Assembly (NCBI GenBank): GCA_964420295.1
Contig: CAYQST010000009.1
Location: 18,532 to 82,531, forward strand
DNA from: an uncultured Chromatiales bacterium
GTDB taxonomy: Bacteria; Bacteroidota; Ignavibacteria; SZUA-365; CAYQST01
Length of the DNA stretch: 64,000 nt
Direction of reading: 5' to 3'
Shown here: one piece after another, positions 21,163-29,956 of the stretch
How the letters are laid out: each line of letters begins with the position of its first letter
Position numbering within the stretch: position 1 is the first letter of the stretch
The notes under the pieces: generated by a model
Databases searched by the model: none
What the model was told of the DNA's origin: nothing
What the model saw: the letters and a program-made list of their open reading frames with translations, nothing else
Made by a program: the position numbers and the translations under genes

Positions 21163-24100
21163 TTCCCCTGCGCCTGGAGCTGGAGGGCTTTCTGTCCTAT
21201 CGAGAACGACAGGTGGTGGATTTCGAACCTCTCGTCGCGGACCATGTGTTCGGCATCTTCGGTCCCACGGGCGCGGGAAAATCGGGACTGCTCGATGCCA
21301 TGATCTTTGCCCTGTTCAACCGGGTTCCCCGTCTCCAGACTCGGGATCTCGAGTATGCCAGCGTGCTCAATCTCGCCTCCAGCGTGATGGTGGTGGACTT
21401 CACCTTCCTTGCCGGCGAGCGGGATGAAGAGCGCTTCCGTTCCATCGTCCGGGTGCGACGAACCGGCAAGGGCCGTCGTCCCTTCGACGCCGAACGCCGC
21501 CTCCTGCGCCTGCACGAGGATCGGGAAGAACCCCTGGACCCTGGGCCTGACATGATGGAATCCATCGTGGGGATGTCGTACGAACACTTCTGCCGGGCGG
21601 TGATCCTGCCGCAGGGTCAGTTTCGGGAATTCCTGGATCTCCGCCGCAAGGAACGCGGCGACATGATCCTCTCTCTCTTTCATCTCGAACGATTCGATTT
21701 ACAGGATCGCGCATCGGCGCTGGAACGGGAAACCGACATCCGCGTGCGGGAAGTCCAGGCCAGCCTCGAGGCGGTGAAGGACGCCACGCCGGAAACGATG
21801 GCTGCGCTGGAGAAGGCCGAAGCGGAACACCGCGCGGTCGTTTCGGAATGCGACACACGCCTGCGGGCATGGACCCGCGACGTCGAAGAGCGGGAACGGC
21901 TCCAGAACCTGGCCGACCAGCGTGCGCTGCTTCTCGAACAGGAGGCCACGTTGTCTGCGCAACGGCCCGAGCGGGAACAGGACCGACGTCGCTGGGAGCG
22001 CGCCGAGCAGGCCCTCATCCTGGCTGCGCGCCTCACCGCCCTGGACGGGATCGAGAACGAGGTGACACGGATCGAGAAGGAACGACAGCGCCACGAATCC
22101 ACCCTCGCCTCGCATTCGGAACAGCAACGAGAAGCCCAGCGAGAACTGGACGCCTGCGCGCCCTTCGAGGCGCGTCGCACGCTCCTGCTCGAAACCGAGA
22201 CCTCCGCACGGGCGATGCGGCGCGTGCGGGAACAGGACCTCGCCATGATGGAATGCGACGCCCGCATTGCGAACGAGGAGGGCCTCGTGGAGGCGGAGCG
22301 CGCACGGAAAACCGTTGCAGAGACCCGTCTGGCCGAGGTGCGCCAAACCCTCGATCGCATGCGACAGGACCGGATGCAGTGGGCGGAGCTTCCTGAAATC
22401 CTTGCCTGGAAGTCCGACCTCGATACGGCGCGCGCGCACCAAAAAGGTGTCGAACAGGAAGAGGCGAGTCTGCGGCGGCGATGGGACGAGGAGCAGGAGC
22501 AGTGGGCGCACACGGCAAGGGAATTGGACTGCGAGGCCGGGAATATCGAAGCGGACCTCCATCTCCGTCTGGAGCGACTGAAGGCGAGGATCGCCGAAAG
22601 GGAACAGCAGCTCCGGCACCTCCATCTTCGCCATGCCCTTGCCATCCATGCCGATACCCTCGCACCCGGACTCCCCTGCCCCCTCTGCGGCGCTGTCGAG
22701 CATCCGCATCCGGTGGAGGCGACCGATGCCGCCCTCGTGACTGCGGAGGAACGCGAAGTGCAGAACCTCCGGGATCAGGCCTCACGCCTCCAGGCCTCCA
22801 TCGAACGCCTTTCCGCGCTGAGACAGGCACGGGACCGCACGGAGAAGGAGCTCCATCGCGCCGCCGGTCTTCTTCAGGACGCCACCGCCGCCGTCGATGC
22901 CGTCCTGGCGCGTTTCCGCTGGCCCGCCTGGGATCCCCACCATCTCGAGGCCCTCGAAGAGGCGACAATCAAGGATCGCGAACTCGAAGAACGCATCGAT
23001 GCACTCACGACCGAGCTGACCACCGCGCAGAACGACTGCGCCGAATGCGAGACGGAGGTGTCGAACCTCCATCTGCACCTGGCCGCCCTGCGTGCCGAAC
23101 GGGAACGCATCCAGGGTCAGCGCTCCGTCATGCTCGAACAGGATTCCCTCTCCTGCGATCCCTTCGTCCATTCCGAGGAGGAGTGGACCCGAATCGCGGA
23201 AGAAGCCCAACGGGATCGCCTCGCCCTCGAGGCACGACATGCCGACGCTCTTCAGCGATCACACCAGACCGAGACCGCGCTGGTGCTCACCCGCGCCCAG
23301 CTCGACGCGCTGAATCGAGATCTCGACCAGGCACGGACCCGCATGCAACACGCGCGTACCGGACTCCTTGCGGCCTGCGGCGAGGCAGGGTTCGCCGATC
23401 TCGAGGAACTCCGCACGGCTTCGCGGGATGAGTCCATGCGACAAGCCCTTCGGGAACAGGTGCGCATATTCGACGAAGAATGGCAGGCCTGCCGGAAGAA
23501 CCTCGCACAGGTGCACACCTTGATCGGTGATCGTGATCCGGACATCGACGCGCTCCACAATGCCCGCGAGGAAAAGAACCGCGCGCAGATGGAACGAGAC
23601 GAAGCACAGAAGACCCTGGGGCGCCTGGAGGCAGAACAGCAGCGGCTCGCGCGCGATATCGTCGAGCGTGCCCGCCTGCTCGATCTCTCGGAGCACCTCT
23701 CCCGACGCCTGGAGACGATCCGTGTGGTATATGAATTGCTGAAAGGGAAAAAGTTTGTGGACTTCGCCGCCACGATCTTCCTGCGCAATCTCTGCGCCAT
23801 GGCGAATCAGCGCTTTCTGCGACTCACCCACCATGCGCTGCAACTGGAACTGGATGAAGACGGGGCCTTTGTCGTGAGAGATTTTCTACACGATGGGGCA
23901 GTGCGGAGCGTACGCACCCTGTCGGGAGGACAGTCTTTCCAGGCCGCCCTCTGTCTAGCCCTGGCCCTGGCCGATACGATCCACACCGATCGCCAATCCT
24001 CGCGGAGTTTCTTTTTTCTCGATGAAGGGTTTGGCTCTCTCGATCGCGCCTCTCTGCGCGAGGTCATGGAAACCCTGCGCACACTCCGTCACGAACACCG

Positions 24101-24206
24101 CGTGGTCGGTGTCATCTCTCACGTCGAGGACATGCAGGATGAGATTCCCGCCGCCATCGCGATCTCTCTGAACGAGGACGGAGGATCGCGTATCGCGGTG
24201 CTATAG
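21159..24206 (+). CDS. sbcC: exonuclease SbcC (Rad50-like SMC ATPase)
   Basis: Walker A (FGPTGAGKSGLLDAM). Long Arg/Glu-rich coiled coil. Zinc hook CPLCG. C-terminal signature and Walker B (LSGGQSF...FFFLDEGFGSLD). 1015 aa. Confidence 0.85.
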   Translation: MIPLRLELEGFLSYRERQVVDFEPLVADHVFGIFGPTGAGKSGLLDAMIFALFNRVPRLQTRDLEYASVLNLASSVMVVDFTFLAGERDEERFRSIVRVRRTGKGRRPFDAERRLLRLHEDREEPLDPGPDMMESIVGMSYEHFCRAVILPQGQFREFLDLRRKERGDMILSLFHLERFDLQDRASALERETDIRVREVQASLEAVKDATPETMAALEKAEAEHRAVVSECDTRLRAWTRDVEERERLQNLADQRALLLEQEATLSAQRPEREQDRRRWERAEQALILAARLTALDGIENEVTRIEKERQRHESTLASHSEQQREAQRELDACAPFEARRTLLLETETSARAMRRVREQDLAMMECDARIANEEGLVEAERARKTVAETRLAEVRQTLDRMRQDRMQWAELPEILAWKSDLDTARAHQKGVEQEEASLRRRWDEEQEQWAHTARELDCEAGNIEADLHLRLERLKARIAEREQQLRHLHLRHALAIHADTLAPGLPCPLCGAVEHPHPVEATDAALVTAEEREVQNLRDQASRLQASIERLSALRQARDRTEKELHRAAGLLQDATAAVDAVLARFRWPAWDPHHLEALEEATIKDRELEERIDALTTELTTAQNDCAECETEVSNLHLHLAALRAERERIQGQRSVMLEQDSLSCDPFVHSEEEWTRIAEEAQRDRLALEARHADALQRSHQTETALVLTRAQLDALNRDLDQARTRMQHARTGLLAACGEAGFADLEELRTASRDESMRQALREQVRIFDEEWQACRKNLAQVHTLIGDRDPDIDALHNAREEKNRAQMERDEAQKTLGRLEAEQQRLARDIVERARLLDLSEHLSRRLETIRVVYELLKGKKFVDFAATIFLRNLCAMANQRFLRLTHHALQLELDEDGAFVVRDFLHDGAVRSVRTLSGGQSFQAALCLALALADTIHTDRQSSRSFFFLDEGFGSLDRASLREVMETLRTLRHEHRVVGVISHVEDMQDEIPAAIAISLNEDGGSRIAVL

Positions 24207-25451
24207 AGTCGCCAACCAGAGCACGGGACCGTGCGCCAACGCCCATAGCGCATATCGCAGCATCGTTTCCTTCCGCACCGATGTGGCCAGCACGCCAAAG
24301 TACACACCCTTCGCCACCGTGTTACTCAGGGTCGCCAGCACGATGGCCACGGCCGCCAGACCGTTGACGCTGTCTTGCGCCTGCACCAATCCCAGGATGA
24401 AGGGATCGATGTCGGTGACACCCACGATAGCCGACAGTCCCAGGAGTCCGGCACCACCGTAGGCATCCTTCACGGAGCGCGTGATGATGGACAGAAGCAC
24501 GAACACGAACGCGAAGATGAGCGCGGGTTTGATTTCGAAGGGATTTTTCAGCGTGGCGGTAGTGGCCGGATCGGACTCGCTATCTCCGTGCAAATACGCG
24601 AAGGAAAGCACAATCCCCACAACCGCCAGTATAGTAAGCGGCAACCAGACTGTGGGGATGAGGGAGGGATTGAGAATCCCGATGAGGACAAGGATGCGCG
24701 CATACATCACGCTGCTGGCGAGAAGGGAGGATTGCAGGGCACTGCGCCCGTGCGCGGGGTGCGTGGCAGCATGACGTCCCATGGCCAGGCTCACCGCAGT
24801 GCTGGACACCACCCCTCCAAGGAGGCCCGACAGTCTCAATCCGTGTCTCTCGCCAAAGCGCTTGACCAGGAAATACCCCACGAATCCGATGCTGGAGACC
24901 ATGATCACCGTTTGCCAGACCCGCGTGGGATTGAGCTGGAATCGCGTATAGTCCTGATCCGGCAAGGCAGGGAGCACGATCACCGTCACGAGCAAGAAGC
25001 GGAGCACGGCGAGGAATTCCGTCTTGTCGAGCTTTTCCACCAGCGGCTCGATTTCAGATTTCTCCGACAGGAGCAGGGTGTTGATGATGGCCAGGGCCAT
25101 GGGGATCCAGATATCGGCCAGGAGACTGAGAGCGCCCACCGCAAAGGTGAGCAGAGCCGAAATCTCGCTCGTCCACCCCACGCGGCCATCCCGCAGTTTC
25201 GCCAGGTAGCCGGTAAGAACCAACGCGGCCAGCGTGACAAGGCCAGCGGGGAGAGCAAAGGACACCCCGATGCGATGCAGATACGCCGTGGCATAGCCGA
25301 ACATACTGATGATGGCGTAGGTGCGGATCCCCGCGTAAATGCGAGTGCCCTGTTCGGCGCCCACCCGCTCGCGTTCGAGCCCCACTAAGAGGCCCAGCAT
25401 CACCGCCACCACGAAGCGGAGATCGTTCGTCCATTCAAAGTGCATGATCAC
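24201..25451 (-). CDS. MgtC/SapB family membrane protein with DUF4010-like C-terminal region
   Basis: N-terminal LRFVVAVMLGLLVGLERE (MgtC signature). Polytopic membrane protein. Its 3' end overlaps the sbcC 3' end convergently. Confidence 0.7.
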   Translation of the reverse strand: MIMHFEWTNDLRFVVAVMLGLLVGLERERVGAEQGTRIYAGIRTYAIISMFGYATAYLHRIGVSFALPAGLVTLAALVLTGYLAKLRDGRVGWTSEISALLTFAVGALSLLADIWIPMALAIINTLLLSEKSEIEPLVEKLDKTEFLAVLRFLLVTVIVLPALPDQDYTRFQLNPTRVWQTVIMVSSIGFVGYFLVKRFGERHGLRLSGLLGGVVSSTAVSLAMGRHAATHPAHGRSALQSSLLASSVMYARILVLIGILNPSLIPTVWLPLTILAVVGIVLSFAYLHGDSESDPATTATLKNPFEIKPALIFAFVFVLLSIITRSVKDAYGGAGLLGLSAIVGVTDIDPFILGLVQAQDSVNGLAAVAIVLATLSNTVAKGVYFGVLATSVRKETMLRYALWALAHGPVLWLATL

Positions 25452-25484
25452 CTCGATGTCCTCGACACGGCGCCTTCGCCGTCA

Positions 25485-28400
25485 TTACTTGATCAGGGTT
25501 TTCACCCGCGTGATTTCCTTTTCCGCCTGGGCCCGATCCCGAGGATCGGCGTCCTTGAGCGCGAGAATTTTCTGATACATCTCGAGCGCGAGGGAATACC
25601 GCCCCAGTTTTTCGTAACTCTGGCCGGCCATGTAATAGGACAGGGCACGCCAGTCGATTTCGGTTTTCTTGGTCACCAGATAGGGCACTTTCAGGAATTC
25701 CACCGAGGACTGCTCGAAATCGCCCTTGTAGTAAAAGCTCTCGCCAATGTAGTAGCGAATCTCCGCTTGGTCGTCGGGAGGCGCTTCGGCCAACAATCCC
25801 TGCAGATGATTCACCGCCTGGTCGAAGTAACGAAGCTGATAGTAGAACACGCCCATGTTCACCTTCTTTCGAAAGACGGATGGGTCTCCCGGCCAGGCAG
25901 CGATGTACCGTTTGGTCATCTCCACTGCGGCATCGTACATCGAAAGTTGATCGTAAGCGAGTATCAAACCGTCGAGAGCCTCCTTCACCATGCGAATGGG
26001 AGCGTCCTGCTTCTCGGCCACGAGTCTGAAATTGTTCGCGGCCACCTCCCATTTCTCCGCACGGGTGGCCATCCGTCCCAAAGACAAGGCGGATTCCATC
26101 GCACCCATCGTTCCGGGATATTTCTTCATCACGTCCAGAAACAGGGCTTCCGCTTTGCTATTGTCGCTCTGGGCCTCGCGCACCCTTCCCTGCCAGTGGA
26201 GTCCGAGGGCAGCCAGATCTGCCACGTCCGAATCTTCCACATCCTCGAAGAGGTTTTCTGCCTCGGAGAACTTTCTCTGTGCGAAGAGGGCTTTCCCCTT
26301 TTCCAGCAGAAACTCTTCCTTCACTGCCTCCGCTTCGGGATGCGAAGCAAGAAAGGCCTTTGCCCCCACTTCGGCCTCGGCGAGTCGATTGGCGCGATAC
26401 TGGGCAACGATCACGCGGGATTGAAACAGCACGCGCTCCGGGCCCGGCGCCACTTCGTCTACCAGGCGCGTGTACTCCCGGATGGCGTCGTCATAACGGC
26501 CGTTTTCCATGAATAGGTCCGCCGCCGCCTTCCGAGCGACGGTATTGCCCTTCACCTCTCCGGCCAGGGTCAGATAAAAAGCCGCCAGACTCGACTTGCC
26601 TTCTCCACGAAACATCTCACCCAAGGCATAGAGAACATCCCCCAAGCGCCGTCCCCGGGGATAGCGGGTCACATAGTCCATCAACACCGACCGGGCTCGC
26701 ACCGACTCACCCCGACGGGCAGCCACCACCGCGTCCTGATACACGAATTCGGAGGTCAGATCCTCGTCGGTAAAGGGGTGTCGGGCCTGCACGCGCAGTT
26801 CTTCTTTTACCTGACGGGCCGCAAGGTCCAGAGAACGGGCATCGATCAACACCGCGATCAGCGCGAGACGGGCACTGTCCCCAAGCGGAGCATAGGAGAA
26901 ACGATCCACCATGGACTCGCGGGTCCGGGCCGCCTCGCCATACTGGCCGATACGAACCTGCACGGTGGCAAGAAGATCCAGGGCCTCGCCAATTCTCTGC
27001 CCCTGCGGGGCGAGTCTTTCGTACATGCGGATATCGTCGATCGCCTCGGAATACTTGCCCGCTGCCACCAGGGACGCGGCGCGACCGAAGAACGCATCAG
27101 CCGTGGCGGGATCGCTGCCCCGGGACGTGATGATGCGTGCGTATTCCTGTGCGGCGTCCGCATGCCGCCCCTGCATGCGCAAGGCGTCGGCAAGGGCGAG
27201 TCGCACCTCGTCGGCCCTGGCTTTGGACGTGCCTCCCAGATACTCGAGTGCGGCGGCTTCCACTGCCTGTGGCGCTTTGCCCTCGCTCCGCACCTGATAC
27301 AGGAACCAGGCGGCCTCCTCGCCTTCCTTTCCTCCCTGCGCGATCAACGCACGGAGACTTTGTTCCGCCTTCATCGGGTCTCCGGCTCCGGACTGGGCCA
27401 GGCGAGTCAGAATACGTGCATTCAGCAGTGCCGCGCGCGCGGCCTCCTCGCCCTGAAGCCCCTTGCGCGTGGCGCTTTCCACGAAGCCCTTTGCTCCGGC
27501 AGCATCCCGCAATTGGTTCAGATACAATTCCGCCAGGGCCAGATCGGTACTCGCCGATCCTCCCTTCTCATTGACGAGGGCCAGCACGCTTGCCAGCGCG
27601 GGGAGAGTCTGATCCACCCGTGCGGGACGAAACCGTTCGATGGCGATGATAAGACTGTCGGCGAGGCGAGCGAAGGGCGAGGCGGCGAATCGAGTACGTA
27701 CCTGGCGGCAGGCATCGAGAGCGACCTCGTCGTGTCCGAGCGCGGCCTGCACACGCGCCAATCCCATCTGCGCATCATCTCCCATCGCCGAGCTTCCGAA
27801 CCGATCCACCACGGATCGATAGAGTTCCGCCGCGCGGGAGAGATCCCGCAGCTCGGTTTCGGTGAGTTGTGCCATCGCGGTGATCACAAACGGAAGTCCG
27901 GGATCCTCGGGATAGTCCTGCGCATAGCGCTGGTACCACTGCAGCGCGCGATTGGGAAGGCGGGCATATTCCGCATTCCGGGCCAGGCGCATCAGGGGTC
28001 GCCGTCGATCGGGGTTTGACGCGGTGTCGGCGAGCAATCGCTCGAGATAGCGGCCGGCTGCGGCATAGTCCCCCACCTGTTGCGCTGCCGTCGCGGCTTG
28101 ATCGAGGAGGCGCAGGTCGGGGGTGGACTCTCCCCCACCGCTCAGGATCCGTTCATAGGTGCGCGCTGCGGTCACGTAGTCTCCTCCCGCGAAGGCGCAT
28201 TCCGCGAGCCCCTGCATCGCCTGACGGCGCAGGTCGGTCTCGGCCAGGCTGTCGTCCGCCACGAGGCGATAGGACCGGGCCGCTTCGGCATACTGCCGAT
28301 GCCGGAACTGCACGTCTCCGAATCGAAGACGAGCCTGGGAAATCACCGCTCCCTTGAGTCCCGACGACAGAACCTCCTGCAAGCGTGCCTCGGCCTCGTC

Positions 28401-29087
28401 CTTGTTTCCAAGCAGATGATGGACCGTGGCGATCTCGATCAGCACACGGGCGCGCAGGGCCGGCGAGAGAGACGCGGTGAGCATGCGACGAAATTCCACG
28501 ATGGCACGATCATATTCCCCACTCTGCACCAGCACCTGCCCCAGTAGGAACTGGGCATCCTGATACGGCGCCGATCCCGGATATTCGGACTGCAGGGCAT
28601 ACAGGACCGTGCGGGCATTGTCTTCGTCTCCCACCTTCAGAAAGGCCTCCGCGGCACGCAACAATCCTTCGGGGGCGCGCTGGCTCTTCGGATAAAACGT
28701 TTTGATGCGCGCGAAGGCCGTGGCGGCCTCTGCCCAGTTCTTTTCGGCCGCAAAGGTCTCGGCCACACTCCACCAGGCCTCCGGAGCGCGCGGATGATCG
28801 GGAGAGCGGAGGGCGAGATCCTGGAAGGTGGTTCTCGCGTCCTTGTACTTTTTCAGTCGGACCTGAATCATACCCAGATAATACCGGGCATCGGTCGCGG
28901 TGCTGCTGTTGGGGTATTTTTCCAGAAACGCTCGAAACTGCGCTTCGGCGGACTCATTCACCCCATCGTTGTACAGATTGACGGCGAGTTTGAAATCCGC
29001 ATTCTCCCGCGTGTCCTGGGCACGCAGGGGGATCGACAGGGCAAGAACCAGAAGGGCGAACAAAGAAAGGCGGAATCGCGAGGGCAT
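25485..29087 (-). CDS. large secreted tetratricopeptide-repeat protein (~1200 aa)
   Basis: Signal peptide MPSRFRLSLFALLVLALSIPLRAQ. Dozens of 34-aa TPR-like repeats (W/Y..A..Y...G.Y..A). The ATG at 29087 was confirmed. Confidence 0.75.
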   Translation of the reverse strand: MPSRFRLSLFALLVLALSIPLRAQDTRENADFKLAVNLYNDGVNESAEAQFRAFLEKYPNSSTATDARYYLGMIQVRLKKYKDARTTFQDLALRSPDHPRAPEAWWSVAETFAAEKNWAEAATAFARIKTFYPKSQRAPEGLLRAAEAFLKVGDEDNARTVLYALQSEYPGSAPYQDAQFLLGQVLVQSGEYDRAIVEFRRMLTASLSPALRARVLIEIATVHHLLGNKDEAEARLQEVLSSGLKGAVISQARLRFGDVQFRHRQYAEAARSYRLVADDSLAETDLRRQAMQGLAECAFAGGDYVTAARTYERILSGGGESTPDLRLLDQAATAAQQVGDYAAAGRYLERLLADTASNPDRRRPLMRLARNAEYARLPNRALQWYQRYAQDYPEDPGLPFVITAMAQLTETELRDLSRAAELYRSVVDRFGSSAMGDDAQMGLARVQAALGHDEVALDACRQVRTRFAASPFARLADSLIIAIERFRPARVDQTLPALASVLALVNEKGGSASTDLALAELYLNQLRDAAGAKGFVESATRKGLQGEEAARAALLNARILTRLAQSGAGDPMKAEQSLRALIAQGGKEGEEAAWFLYQVRSEGKAPQAVEAAALEYLGGTSKARADEVRLALADALRMQGRHADAAQEYARIITSRGSDPATADAFFGRAASLVAAGKYSEAIDDIRMYERLAPQGQRIGEALDLLATVQVRIGQYGEAARTRESMVDRFSYAPLGDSARLALIAVLIDARSLDLAARQVKEELRVQARHPFTDEDLTSEFVYQDAVVAARRGESVRARSVLMDYVTRYPRGRRLGDVLYALGEMFRGEGKSSLAAFYLTLAGEVKGNTVARKAAADLFMENGRYDDAIREYTRLVDEVAPGPERVLFQSRVIVAQYRANRLAEAEVGAKAFLASHPEAEAVKEEFLLEKGKALFAQRKFSEAENLFEDVEDSDVADLAALGLHWQGRVREAQSDNSKAEALFLDVMKKYPGTMGAMESALSLGRMATRAEKWEVAANNFRLVAEKQDAPIRMVKEALDGLILAYDQLSMYDAAVEMTKRYIAAWPGDPSVFRKKVNMGVFYYQLRYFDQAVNHLQGLLAEAPPDDQAEIRYYIGESFYYKGDFEQSSVEFLKVPYLVTKKTEIDWRALSYYMAGQSYEKLGRYSLALEMYQKILALKDADPRDRAQAEKEITRVKTLIK

Positions 29088-29161
29088 GCGGGGCACCGGG
29101 TGTGGAACAACAGCGGAAAATACCGCTTCTCCACATAAGATGAAGGGCACCCCGCGCTCCC

Positions 29162-29827
29162 TTAGGATTCGGGATCGCGGCACTCTTCGTCCAGATTCCA
29201 GGTACGGAACAACGCATACACTCCGTCCCGAATGTCGATGGTGATGCACTCCTCCTCGGCCATGTTGCAGGTGCCCTCGGCGGAACCGAACTCGAGGGTG
29301 GCGTCGAATAACGGATATCGAAGTCCGGAATACGTCACCCCGGTCACCCGAGGCAGGGGCACGATCGACACGCGATCCCCCCGCCGTACCCGGGCCGTGA
29401 TCGAACGCGCCAGGATGTCGATGCGATACTGGTGATCGAAGAGCACCAGGTCGAGGTGGGACGCATATCGGGCCAGAATTGAAAAGTTGCCGAAGGCATG
29501 ATCGAGGAGTCCTCCGGTCGCACTCAAGATCAGGATTCTGTGCATCCCACGATCCCGGAGCACCTTCAGGCACTTCTCGAGATCGGTGTCCTCCTGCCCG
29601 CTGAGATGCTGGATGTCCACCCCCGCGTCTGCGAGTTCACGCAATAGATCCGGGCCGATGGAATCCAGATCTCCCACGACGAGGTGGGGCATCCATCCAA
29701 GTTCCCGGGCTCTCTGCGCCCCTCCGTCGGCACAACAGAGCAGGGCCGCCTTTTCTCGGAGGACGGCAGCAATGGTGGGATGAGGGGCCTCGCCATTGCA
29801 AAGAAGAAGAGCGGTGGTGGATGTCAT
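29162..29827 (-). CDS. thiamine pyrophosphokinase
   Basis: ALLLCNGE...ADGGA...GDLDSI motifs. 221 aa. It is downstream of the riboswitch-controlled TonB receptor. Confidence 0.85.
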   Translation of the reverse strand: MTSTTALLLCNGEAPHPTIAAVLREKAALLCCADGGAQRARELGWMPHLVVGDLDSIGPDLLRELADAGVDIQHLSGQEDTDLEKCLKVLRDRGMHRILILSATGGLLDHAFGNFSILARYASHLDLVLFDHQYRIDILARSITARVRRGDRVSIVPLPRVTGVTYSGLRYPLFDATLEFGSAEGTCNMAEEECITIDIRDGVYALFRTWNLDEECRDPES

Positions 29828-29956
29828 GATGGTTCTCTCACGTTCGAAGACTGTGGTGGATGGAGCCGCGGACAGGATCGGATCCGGCGTCCGTCCTTCC
29901 TGGCGACGTGGGTCTTATGCACAACACCACGTTTAAAAATACACGGAGCGGCTTCC

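Noticed and set aside
29088-29573. 162-aa N-terminal extension of the TPR protein ORF
   Set aside because: It overlaps the thiamine pyrophosphokinase gene. The internal ATG at 29087 yields a classic signal peptide.
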